Part shown: piece after piece, positions 1 through 7,490 of the stretch
Position numbering within the stretch: the stretch's first letter is position 1
Layout: the number at the start of each line of letters is the position of its first letter
Assembly (NCBI GenBank): GCA_963771175.1
Contig: CAVYSY010000018.1
Coordinates: 1-16,440 of the forward strand
Direction of reading: 5' to 3'
Source: an uncultured delta proteobacterium
GTDB lineage: Bacteria; Myxococcota; Myxococcia; Myxococcales; Myxococcaceae
Length of the DNA stretch: 16,440 bases
Program-made: the position numbers and the translations under genes
The notes under the pieces: generated by a model
Databases searched by the model: none
Told to the model about the DNA's origin: nothing
The model's input: the letters and a program-made list of their open reading frames with translations, nothing else

Positions 1-37
1 CCTTCCAGTTGCCCTCCCAAGAACGTCCGTCAGTCAT
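1..37 (-). CDS. 5' end of a second immunity-protein paralog (runs off the window edge)
   Basis: ATG at 37, preceded by GGAGAGGG. It reads MTDGRSWEGNWK, nearly identical to MSEDRSWEGNWK of the 50..520 gene, and starts 12 bp after that gene's stop. Confidence 0.85.
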   Translation of the reverse strand, partial: MTDGRSWEGNWK

Positions 38-49
38 CGCCCTCTCCGT

Positions 50-520
50 TCAGACTTCCTCGTCAGGCAGGAGCGTGCGCAGCAACTCGTCGTCAGGGCC
101 GAGCGGGCGCCAGCCGGGCAGCGGCGGCATCGCCATGAGCGCTGTCCTGACCTGCCTGGCGCGCTCCTTATGAGTTTCTGGGGTAGAGGCAATCCATGAG
201 CCGATTGCCTTGGCGACCTTGAAGCGGTTGGCGTCGTCCAGCACGGCCGGCCAGCCGTCGGGGAGGCACTCGGAAAGTTCGCGCACGAGCACATCGCGCA
301 CAAAGCATGTGACCTGATGGCTTCGCTCCGCCTCGGCGAACAACTCGCTCAACACCTGCACCCCGGCGACGTCGTCCGCGCCAAGCTCCTCGGCCAGCGC
401 CACCAACGGGACGGCAGGGCGAGCGTTTGCGAAGGCGGTGAGCGAAGCGAAACCCCGCTCGCGGACTCGCTCATACAGGCGGGCCTTCCAGTTGCCCTCC
501 CAGGAACGGTCCTCGCTCAT
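50..520 (-). CDS. Putative immunity protein for the DUF2380 toxin (156 aa)
   Basis: ATG at 520 overlaps the toxin stop (ATGA coupling at 517-520). Small protein with no signal peptide, directly downstream of a nuclease-type lipoprotein and tandemly duplicated. Confidence 0.75.
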   Translation of the reverse strand: MSEDRSWEGNWKARLYERVRERGFASLTAFANARPAVPLVALAEELGADDVAGVQVLSELFAEAERSHQVTCFVRDVLVRELSECLPDGWPAVLDDANRFKVAKAIGSWIASTPETHKERARQVRTALMAMPPLPGWRPLGPDDELLRTLLPDEEV

Positions 521-2034
521 GGTCCTCGCCAAGGGGTGAAGTTCATCGGAATCTTACCAAGCTTCATGCGGTACGCGACGATGTCCAGGATCTCATTTCG
601 CGTCAACATCCGGCCAGCAGTCGTCTCGGCTTCGCGCAGCGCCTCCATGATCATCTGGTTCCACTCGCCGGGCCATTTGCGACCCAGCCGCCAATCGCCA
701 CCGCCATGAATCGCCTCATGGCTTGCCTGCTCCAATTTGACGCAGAACCGGTCGATGCTCATTTCGCCGGTGAAGCCTCGCTTCTCGAACCACTCGCGGA
801 ACTCTCGCGGCAGGACGTGGTGTCGCGGTGGCTCGGCCATGCCAGCCCCCACTCTTCCTGTCACCCGCATGCCCCGCACCTCGGGCCCGTCGCCGAGCGC
901 GTCGCGCACGCCCTTGGGCAGCCCATCGTGAGACTCGGCCATCATCACCTGGCCGGCGTGAATCCGCACAGCCGCGCTGACGGCGGGAAGGGAGATGACG
1001 CCCGCCTGCACCAGCCGGCGCATCATCTCCACCCACTCGGCGGAGACGACAATCTGTGTGCCCATCATCACGCCGTTGGAGCCCACCACCAGTCCCACGC
1101 CAAGCGTGACGGGGGCGGCTGGCGCCAGCAGTCGGGGCAGCGCCATCTTCATCGCCGAGGCCGTGGTGAGCATCTCGATGACCTCCTTCACCAGCAGCGC
1201 TTGCTCGAAATTCTCCGCCGACCTGCGCACTCGCTCCCGGGTCGCGGCGAACTCGCTGGTGAGGTGGCCTACCAGCATGGGGAGGTCGGTCGCCGCTGCC
1301 TCCACCTTCCCTGGCTCCAGGGAGGAGAGCGCCGTCATGGAGGGCTCGAGCATCTTCTGTAAGCGCTCCATGTCCACGAGCAGCCTCTCCACGCTGTAGT
1401 AGGGGCACCGCTCGAGCACGACGTCGGCGAGGTTGAGGAAGTCGAGCCAGACGGAGAGCAGGATGGATCCCATCATGGCGGCCTCGAGCCGTGGGCCGGC
1501 GAGGCGCAGGAGGGCCATCTGCATGTCCGGGTCATCCACCTCCGAGGCCGTGTTGGACAGCCGGGTGGCGGCGGCGAGCTCGGCGTCAATCCATCGCAGT
1601 TGCAGGGCGCCATGCTCGACGTAGGGGACGAAGATGCCGGAGACCGCGCCGGAGATGCCCCGCTCGCTGGCCTCGAGTCTGGAGAGCTCGCCGGAGATGC
1701 GGCGGGTGGAGCCGGACACCTCGCCCACGGCACCGAAAAACGCCAGGTGGGCCGCGAGGGCGCTCTGTCGCGCTGTCCCCGCGGCGCCATCAGGGCCCGC
1801 CACTGTCACGGCCTCCCGGGTGCCCCGGCGACGGTGCAGTCGCTCCGGTGCCTCGGGCTCGGGCGGGGAGGCGAGGGCGAGCGGAGACTCCCCGCTCGGC
1901 TCTCCGGGCAACACGGGCCCCACGGCCTCGCGCGGCGTGTAGCGCAGGTTCATCCCCTCGCCGGGTGGTGGCGTCAGCGACGCGCAGCCGGTGAAGAGCC
2001 ACAGCAGCAGCACCCACCACGGGTGAGTCCTCAT
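517..2034 (-). CDS. Lipoprotein polymorphic toxin with C-terminal DUF2380-like (HH/HNH-fold) nuclease domain, SitA-like
   Basis: Signal peptide with lipobox LFTG-C17 and a helical middle region. The C-terminus has PPRHHVLPREFREWF...IDRFCVKL...HEAIHGGG...WNQ, typical of myxobacterial DUF2380 tips. GC3-rich codons. Confidence 0.8.
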   Translation of the reverse strand: MRTHPWWVLLLWLFTGCASLTPPPGEGMNLRYTPREAVGPVLPGEPSGESPLALASPPEPEAPERLHRRRGTREAVTVAGPDGAAGTARQSALAAHLAFFGAVGEVSGSTRRISGELSRLEASERGISGAVSGIFVPYVEHGALQLRWIDAELAAATRLSNTASEVDDPDMQMALLRLAGPRLEAAMMGSILLSVWLDFLNLADVVLERCPYYSVERLLVDMERLQKMLEPSMTALSSLEPGKVEAAATDLPMLVGHLTSEFAATRERVRRSAENFEQALLVKEVIEMLTTASAMKMALPRLLAPAAPVTLGVGLVVGSNGVMMGTQIVVSAEWVEMMRRLVQAGVISLPAVSAAVRIHAGQVMMAESHDGLPKGVRDALGDGPEVRGMRVTGRVGAGMAEPPRHHVLPREFREWFEKRGFTGEMSIDRFCVKLEQASHEAIHGGGDWRLGRKWPGEWNQMIMEALREAETTAGRMLTRNEILDIVAYRMKLGKIPMNFTPWRGP

Positions 2035-2212
2035 CGCGCGTGCCCCCTGGAAGCGCCCCCAAGCGGTGGCGCCCCATCAAGCCATACCCCCTCACTCTCG
2101 CGCGCCGAGCCGTCCGGTCCCACTACTCCGCGAGTGGGCGACGTGCGCGGTCTCGTGACCTGCTACGTTGAGGTCCTCGGAGGTGGGCCCCTCGAGCCAC
2201 CGGGAGGACACC

Positions 2213-2416
2213 ATAAAGCAGCGCGAAATACCGGAGCTGCCGCCCGGCACGCGCATCGGCGTGACGTCGTGGAGTGCCTGCTGGACGTGGGCGGTTTCGG
2301 CGCCGTGTACCGGGAGGAGAAGGCGGGCGTCCCCGGAGCGCACTACCGGGCCGGGCCCGCGGACGACCTGTACGCGCTGGGCGTCGTCCTCTACCGGCTG
2401 CTGACGGGCCGCTACC
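2213..2416 (+). pseudogene. Ser/Thr protein kinase remnant with a large internal deletion
   Basis: RBS GGAGGA at 2203-2208, then ATA (decayed ATG) and ELPPGTRIG. After a frameshift comes DVVECLLDVGGFGAVYR (Gly-rich loop), joined almost directly to HYRAGPADDLYALGVVLYRLLTGRY (subdomain IX). Subdomains II-VIII are absent. Confidence 0.8.
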
Positions 2417-2617
2417 GGGGCGGCGCTGGTGACCAGGGACGGGACGGTGAAGGAGTTGAAGGTCCGGGCACCAGCGCCCATCCCTGCAGACAAGCAGGGC
2501 GTGGTCATCGTGGAGACGGAGCTGACGGCGCGGGAGGCCCGCCAGCCCTTCACCTTGAAGCTGTGGGACGAGAGCGGAAGCCGGCTCGTCACGCTTGAGG
2601 AGCTGACCTTCCCGTGA
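2417..2617 (+). pseudogene. C-terminal fragment of a DUF2381-family protein
   Basis: GAALVTRDG...PAPIP...GVVIVETELTAREARQPFTLKLWDESGSRLVTLEELTFP* matches the characteristic DUF2381 ending (FTLKLW...VTL...TFP*). It has no own RBS or N-terminus. Confidence 0.75.
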
Positions 2618-2839
2618 AACACATCCCGTTCCGCCGACGCATTGCAGGGGAGAGTGGCTCGTGGGGGCCCTGCGTCAGCCCAGACTTGTCAGGACGCGAA
2701 TGAGGAACCGTGCGTCAGGAATACACCCAACCCCCACGAGCCGTTGAGCACCGTAAAGGATGTCCACTCGCGTCGGCAAGCAAAAAACCACTTCCGCCGT
2801 CACGTTCACGGAGGTGACTCTAAAAATTGTGTCCGCGAA

Positions 2840-2893
2840 GGAGTGCTCCTCGAGGAGACGGCATTGACGGCGTGGGAGTCCCGGCAGCCCTTT
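2840..2893 (+). repeat. Degenerate direct repeat of 2498-2551 (second DUF2381 tail relic)
   Basis: Ungapped 54-bp match with 43/54 identity by manual alignment. GVLLEETALTAWESRQPF versus GVVIVETELTAREARQPF. Confidence 0.85.
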
Positions 2894-2912
2894 CGTCGAC
2901 TACAAGGGGCGC

Positions 2913-4823
2913 ATGCGCCCCGGACTGACGGCTCTCGTGCTCCTGCTGATGCTGTGCGGCTGTGCCACGGGCGCACCCTCCACGGGGATGCGCCCCTCCT
3001 CATGGAAGGCGCGGCGCCTGACGCCACCCGAGTCGCCGCTCTCGCGAGAGCACCGGGCCCTGCGCGCCTGGCTGGAGGAGCAGGAGCGGAGTCGCCGCCA
3101 GGGTGAAGCAGAGGCGCTGGAGGCCGTGGTGGCACTCGTGCATCCCCGAGCCTGGGAGGCGGCGGAGACCCAGCGACGCGTGGGCTCGCGGCTGCTGGTG
3201 CGCCTGCGGGTGGACGGCGGACACATGGCTCTCCGCGAGTGCGAGCTGGAGCAGGGTCCAGGCCCCGAGGCGCCACGGGTGGACGAGGGCCGATTCCGCG
3301 AGACGTTGAAGTCGGCACTGCTCCAGCGGGCCTGGGGCTGGAGCGGGGACGTGGTGGTGGTGCTCCGACGAACCCAGGAGGGCTGGCGGGAGGAGGACTC
3401 CGTCCACACCGCCCCGCCCCTTCGGATGGCGAAGGCACCCCAATCCCCGCGCACATGGGCAGGCCCGTCCTCCTTCGACGCACAGACGCCTCACGCCTCC
3501 GCTCCCGCCAACCCTGACATGCCCCCGCGCCCTCTGGCCCTCGCACACGCGGAGGCACCGCGGGCAAAGGAGGCCGAACGCTGGCGGGCGGTGGAGGCGA
3601 AGCTGGAGGAGTACCTGCAATGGGGCATGCAGCTGATGGAGGCGCATGCCGCGCACCTGCGACGTATCGCCCCCGGCCACCTCCTCACCGAGCACCCGCT
3701 GCGGGAGAAGTCCATCGACGCCCTGGTGCGCGCCACGCTCGCCTGGGCCTACGCGCATACGGACGACCCGGACTTCCCAAGCCGCAGCCCCTCCGAGGTC
3801 GCCCTCTACCTGCTGGCCCACCGCTCTGCCCTGGCCACCGCCATCGAGCTGGGCAAGCGCGCCCCGCCCCACCTGGACTACACGCCACCGCCCACGGACG
3901 AGTACACCGGGGAGGAGCTGCTGCTGGAGCTCGCCGTCGGGTTCCTGCCCGGCATCGGTGATGCGGCGGACCTCGATGCCGCCCTCTCCGGCTACAGCCT
4001 CACCGGCCATCGGCTCAGCGAGCCCGAGCGTTTCCTCTCCCTGCTCGCCGGGGTGCTGCCCTTCGTCAATGGCAAGCTGCTGGCGGAGGGCGGAGAGGCG
4101 ACGCTGGGGCGGGTGGCCCTCCTCACCGGCAGGAGCCTGGACGAGGTGCAGGTGCTCTCCCGCGTCGCCTCCCACCTCGCACCCGAGGACGTGCGGGAGC
4201 TCGAGCGTCTGATGCACGGCGCCTCGGCGGGGCGTGCATTCACCCAGGAGGAGCTGGAGTTCCTCCACCGCGTGGCCCGTCGCCTGGAGACGCCCCTGCG
4301 CGAAGCCGCCGAGTCCCTGCGCCGGGGAGAGAAGCTGGCCCTGCTGGGCGCTCGCACCCTGCCGGATGGCTCACGCCTGCTGCCCGGCACTCCGGCGCAC
4401 CTGGCCCAGTGCTGGGTGGACTACCAGTTCCGCCACCCCGGCAAGTACCGGCGATTCTCCTACGCGGTGGACCCCGACTGGGAGCGCCTCTACCGCTCCA
4501 TCCTCGCCAACAAGCCCGCCGGCAACGCCTTCGAGGACTCCATCCTCGCCTCGCGCGGCTACACGAAGAACAGGCGGCGATCTGGGGCTGTGTGGGGCAA
4601 GCCCTACTCCTTCGTCGAGGCCAAGGCTCGCAACGAACTGGCTCTCACCGGCAACCTCGAGGCCATGATCAACTATGTGCGCGAATACGGCGGCCACCTC
4701 GAGCTCTGGGTACGTTCCGCCAGACATCCTGCTGGAAAGACCCGACTCACATCCCCCTTGCTGGAAACATTGGAGCGGTTGAGACGTAGTGGCAAGGCAA
4801 CCTTGCGGTATCACCCTGACTAG
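2913..4823 (+). CDS. Lipoprotein polymorphic toxin with pre-toxin TG-like region and C-terminal restriction-endonuclease-fold (Tox-REase-7-like) domain
   Basis: Lipobox LCG-C17. PT-TG-like segment LAVGFLPGIGDAADL...GYSLTGHRLSEPERFLSLLAGVLPFV. C-terminus GNAFE...FVEAK...LALTGNL...YV...LELWVR...TRLTSPL. Confidence 0.72.
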   Translation: MRPGLTALVLLLMLCGCATGAPSTGMRPSSWKARRLTPPESPLSREHRALRAWLEEQERSRRQGEAEALEAVVALVHPRAWEAAETQRRVGSRLLVRLRVDGGHMALRECELEQGPGPEAPRVDEGRFRETLKSALLQRAWGWSGDVVVVLRRTQEGWREEDSVHTAPPLRMAKAPQSPRTWAGPSSFDAQTPHASAPANPDMPPRPLALAHAEAPRAKEAERWRAVEAKLEEYLQWGMQLMEAHAAHLRRIAPGHLLTEHPLREKSIDALVRATLAWAYAHTDDPDFPSRSPSEVALYLLAHRSALATAIELGKRAPPHLDYTPPPTDEYTGEELLLELAVGFLPGIGDAADLDAALSGYSLTGHRLSEPERFLSLLAGVLPFVNGKLLAEGGEATLGRVALLTGRSLDEVQVLSRVASHLAPEDVRELERLMHGASAGRAFTQEELEFLHRVARRLETPLREAAESLRRGEKLALLGARTLPDGSRLLPGTPAHLAQCWVDYQFRHPGKYRRFSYAVDPDWERLYRSILANKPAGNAFEDSILASRGYTKNRRRSGAVWGKPYSFVEAKARNELALTGNLEAMINYVREYGGHLELWVRSARHPAGKTRLTSPLLETLERLRRSGKATLRYHPD

Positions 4824-4835
4824 ACTTCCGCATCC

Positions 4836-5615
4836 ATGCGCCATCGACCCATCCGAACGGAGCTCTGCCTTCCCCCAACACTCCCCCCCACGAGGGTCGT
4901 GGAAGAGCTGCTGCGACTCATCTTCACCAGATACCGCTGGTTCACTCCCATGCGGTATGGGGCGTTCGCATCCTGGAACGAAAGGATTGATCCAGAGCAC
5001 GTTGATTTCAATGCGCTCATCGCTGTCTACGAGGAACACCAATCCCTTTGCGTCGCCGCACGGACAGACAGCGACTTCATCTGCATCTTCCCAGCCCGAG
5101 CCGACTCTCCACCCTACATCGGAAACATCATCTGGGAGACCTCCGCGAAAGGGGCATCCAAGCCGAAATGGCGTTCCGCCCATATCGAGCAGGTAGCCGA
5201 GCTCATGCGTCTCGTACACTCCCCGCTGGCCATTGCCACCGACCGCGAAGACCACGAGCGCAAGACGAAACGGCTCGTGCACGACGGAATCAGCATGGTG
5301 GAGACCTTCACCGTGCGCGACTACAGCGAGGGCCTCGCCGGCCTCTTCTGGCGGAACTTCTTCGGGCCCCCCTTCGTCCGCCTCTTCGGCGAGCGCCTCG
5401 CTTCACTGCCCGCCGACTCCCGCACGACGCTTGGGGAGGAGCTCGTCCTCGTCCAGCCCTACGAGCTACCGGGTGAAGCCGGCACCGAGGCCGGCCAGGC
5501 CCGCGAGCGCGACCTCATCGCCCAGCTCGGACCCGAGTGCTTCTACGACCACGCGCACCACACTCCCCCCACCCGCCGCCCGTTCCTCGAGCACCTCTCC
5601 GAGCCCCTGCACTGA
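4836..5615 (+). CDS. Putative cognate immunity protein (259 aa)
   Basis: Starts 12 bp after the toxin stop and has no signal peptide. The GLFWRNFFGPPFV...LGEELVLVQPY motif resembles myxobacterial immunity proteins found after REase toxins. Confidence 0.68.
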   Translation: MRHRPIRTELCLPPTLPPTRVVEELLRLIFTRYRWFTPMRYGAFASWNERIDPEHVDFNALIAVYEEHQSLCVAARTDSDFICIFPARADSPPYIGNIIWETSAKGASKPKWRSAHIEQVAELMRLVHSPLAIATDREDHERKTKRLVHDGISMVETFTVRDYSEGLAGLFWRNFFGPPFVRLFGERLASLPADSRTTLGEELVLVQPYELPGEAGTEAGQARERDLIAQLGPECFYDHAHHTPPTRRPFLEHLSEPLH

Positions 5616-5642
5616 GCTGTGCCGGGCCTCCGGGTGCGAGGC

Positions 5643-5978
5643 TCAGCGACCCACCTGGGAGCTGCACGCCATGCAGTGACGGGCCTCGGGGACCGCACGC
5701 AGCCGGTGCCGACCGATCGCCCCGCCGCAGCGCGCGCAGTGCCCGAACCGGCCCTGCTCGATGCGCGCCAGCGCGTCGTCGATGTCCCGCAGCTCCCGCA
5801 GCTCCCGCTCCGTCAGCTGCTCCCGCACCTCCCCGGCGCCCTCCTCCACCGCCTCGTCCACCGGGTCCGCCTCCCGCTCGCCCCTCTGCCACTCGTTGTC
5901 GTTGTCGCGGAGCGCGCCACGCAGGCTGCTCCGCCGCTGCAGCAACGACTCCCGCGCTTCGTTGAACAAAGAGTCCAT
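5643..5978 (-). CDS. TraR/DksA family C4 zinc-finger transcription factor (111 aa)
   Basis: Coiled coil with acidic tip DPVDEA, then IDDALARIEQGRFGHCARCGGAIGRHRLRAVPEARHCMAC. ATG at 5978 with a purine-rich upstream sequence. Confidence 0.92.
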   Translation of the reverse strand: MDSLFNEARESLLQRRSSLRGALRDNDNEWQRGEREADPVDEAVEEGAGEVREQLTERELRELRDIDDALARIEQGRFGHCARCGGAIGRHRLRAVPEARHCMACSSQVGR

Positions 5979-6086
5979 GGCGACATCCCCACTTCTCTCA
6001 GCGGACCCACACGGGCCCACGACGTGTGGCTCCCCCCTTTTCAGGAAGCGTGCCTCGCCCTCTCCCTCCTGAAACCCTTCCCCGCC

Positions 6087-6132
6087 ACGCAAGGTTTGCG
6101 GCTTTCCCCCACCCCCTCCGCACCCCTTGCGC
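6087..6132. promoter_or_regulatory. Two palindromic enhancer-like boxes: ACGCA-N5-TGCGG (6087-6101) and CCGCA-N5-TGCGC (6118-6132)
   Basis: They match 8/10 and 9/10 to GCGCA-N5-TGCGC, the M. xanthus NmpR site as I recall it. Centres are 31 bp apart, just upstream of a sigma54 promoter. Confidence 0.6.
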
Positions 6133-6163
6133 CCACAGCTCCCTCGCTTGCCCTCACGCCCGC

Positions 6164-6179
6164 TGGAACACACCTTGCT
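6164..6179 (+). promoter_or_regulatory. Sigma54 (-24/-12) promoter of the YwiC-hemerythrin operon
   Basis: TGGAAC-ACACC-TTGCT with exact GG-N10-GC spacing, about 55 bp before ATG 6235. Confidence 0.75.
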
Positions 6180-6234
6180 CTGAGTGCTGCCGGGCACCGC
6201 CCCGGTGCCCCCGCCGAACGAGGTCGCTCGCACG

Positions 6235-7047
6235 ATGTCCACCCTCTCGACCCTCCCCTCTCCGGGTCCGCTCCTCCAGGGCCTCCTCCCCCGCGAGCAC
6301 GGCGTCTGGTTCCAGCTCGGCCTGCCCCTCGTCACCGCCCTCCTCGTCACCGGCGCTCCCGCGAGCGGCCTCTGGCTCGCCGGCGCAGCCCTCGCCACCC
6401 TGCTCGCCCACGAGCCCCTCCTGTTGCTGCTCGGCCAGCGGGGCTCCCGCCGCGGCGAGCGCGACGGTGAGCGCGCCCGGGTCTGGGGCCTCTTCCTGGG
6501 GCTGCTGGCCGCGCTGTGCCTCGCGCTCGGCGTGAGGGCGATGCCTCCCGAGGCCCGGCCCTTCCTCGCGCTGCCCCTCATCCTCGGCGGCGAGGTGCTG
6601 CTGCTCGCCTGGAACCACCAGGAGCGCACCCTCTCGGGCGAGGTGCTCGCCTCGCTCGCGCTCGGGGCCTGGGCCGTGCCCATCGCCCTGGCCGGGGGCC
6701 TCCCCGCCCCCTCCGCGCTCTCGCTCTGGGGCACCTACGGGCTGGCCTTCGGGCTGGCCACCCTGGCCGTGCGCACCGTCATCGCCAGCCACCGGCCTCG
6801 CGCCCACCGCGAGCAACTGCGCTGCACGGGTGCCGCCACCATCGCCCTCTCGCTCGTCGCGGCGGTCACCTGGGCCGTGCACTCCGGCCTGCCCCTCGCG
6901 CGCGTGGCGGCGCTGCTGCCCGTGGGCCTCGTGGCGCTCGGGCTGTGCGTGGCCCTCCCCTCGCCCCGCCGGCTGCACTCCATCGGCTGGACGCTGGGCG
7001 CGGCCGGCACCCTCACGCTCATCCTGCTCGGAGTGGGCCTGTCATGA
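6235..7047 (+). CDS. YwiC-like family integral membrane protein
   Basis: Signature LLPREHGVW near the N-terminus and many hydrophobic helices. ATG at 6235 follows GAGGT. Confidence 0.85.
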   Translation: MSTLSTLPSPGPLLQGLLPREHGVWFQLGLPLVTALLVTGAPASGLWLAGAALATLLAHEPLLLLLGQRGSRRGERDGERARVWGLFLGLLAALCLALGVRAMPPEARPFLALPLILGGEVLLLAWNHQERTLSGEVLASLALGAWAVPIALAGGLPAPSALSLWGTYGLAFGLATLAVRTVIASHRPRAHREQLRCTGAATIALSLVAAVTWAVHSGLPLARVAALLPVGLVALGLCVALPSPRRLHSIGWTLGAAGTLTLILLGVGLS

Positions 7048-7484
7048 TGCGCGACTCGCGCCTGCGGGGGCTGTCCGCGGAGCACCAGGAGGCCCTCCTC
7101 TTCGGCCGCCGCCTGCTGGAGGTGGCCAGCGGCCCCGAGGAGGAGCTGGTCAGCGCGTGGGAGCTGCTGCGCCGCCGCTTCTTCGCCGAGGTACAGCCGC
7201 ACTTCCTCACCGAGGAGCAGGAGCTGCTGCCCGCCCTGGAGGCCATCGGGGAGGAGGTGCTGGTGGCGCGCGTCTGGGAGGACCACGAGGCCCTGCGCGC
7301 GCTCGTCGCCGCCGACGAGCAGCCGCTGCGCATCCGCCTGGAGAAGCTGGGCCTGCGCCTCATCGCCCACGTGCGCTTCGAGGAGGCGCAGGTGTTCGAG
7401 CTGGCCCAGCGGAGGCTGCCTCCCGAGGTGCTCGAGCGCATCGCCCGGCGCGCCCCGCCCCCGGCCCCGAGGACGGGCACGTAG
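7044..7484 (+). CDS. Hemerythrin (HHE) domain protein (146 aa)
   Basis: LSAEH...HFLTEE...EDHEAL...HVRFEE metal-ligand pattern. ATGA overlap with the YwiC stop. Confidence 0.88.
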   Translation: MMRDSRLRGLSAEHQEALLFGRRLLEVASGPEEELVSAWELLRRRFFAEVQPHFLTEEQELLPALEAIGEEVLVARVWEDHEALRALVAADEQPLRIRLEKLGLRLIAHVRFEEAQVFELAQRRLPPEVLERIARRAPPPAPRTGT

Positions 7485-7490
7485 GCCCGA

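Noticed and set aside
50..520. NUDIX hydrolase call (a label I recall on similar myxobacterial proteins)
   Set aside because: Only a partial RELSE is present, with no GX5EX7REUXEEXGU box. The context indicates immunity.
1600..2598. 332-aa plus-strand ORF as a real kinase gene
   Set aside because: It is mostly antisense to the toxin. Only about 50 codons are kinase-like, and the catalytic subdomains are missing.
2864..2892. TTGACG as a sigma70 -35 for the toxin
   Set aside because: There is no -10-like hexamer at 16-18 bp spacing.
2642..3106. 154-aa ORF in the toxin spacer
   Set aside because: TTG start, poor codon bias and an out-of-frame overlap with the toxin. Only the 18-codon DUF2381 relic is meaningful.
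5979..6734. Long N-terminal extension of DksA (363-aa ORF)
   Set aside because: It is an antisense shadow of ywiC and the promoter region. Homology starts at ATG 5978.
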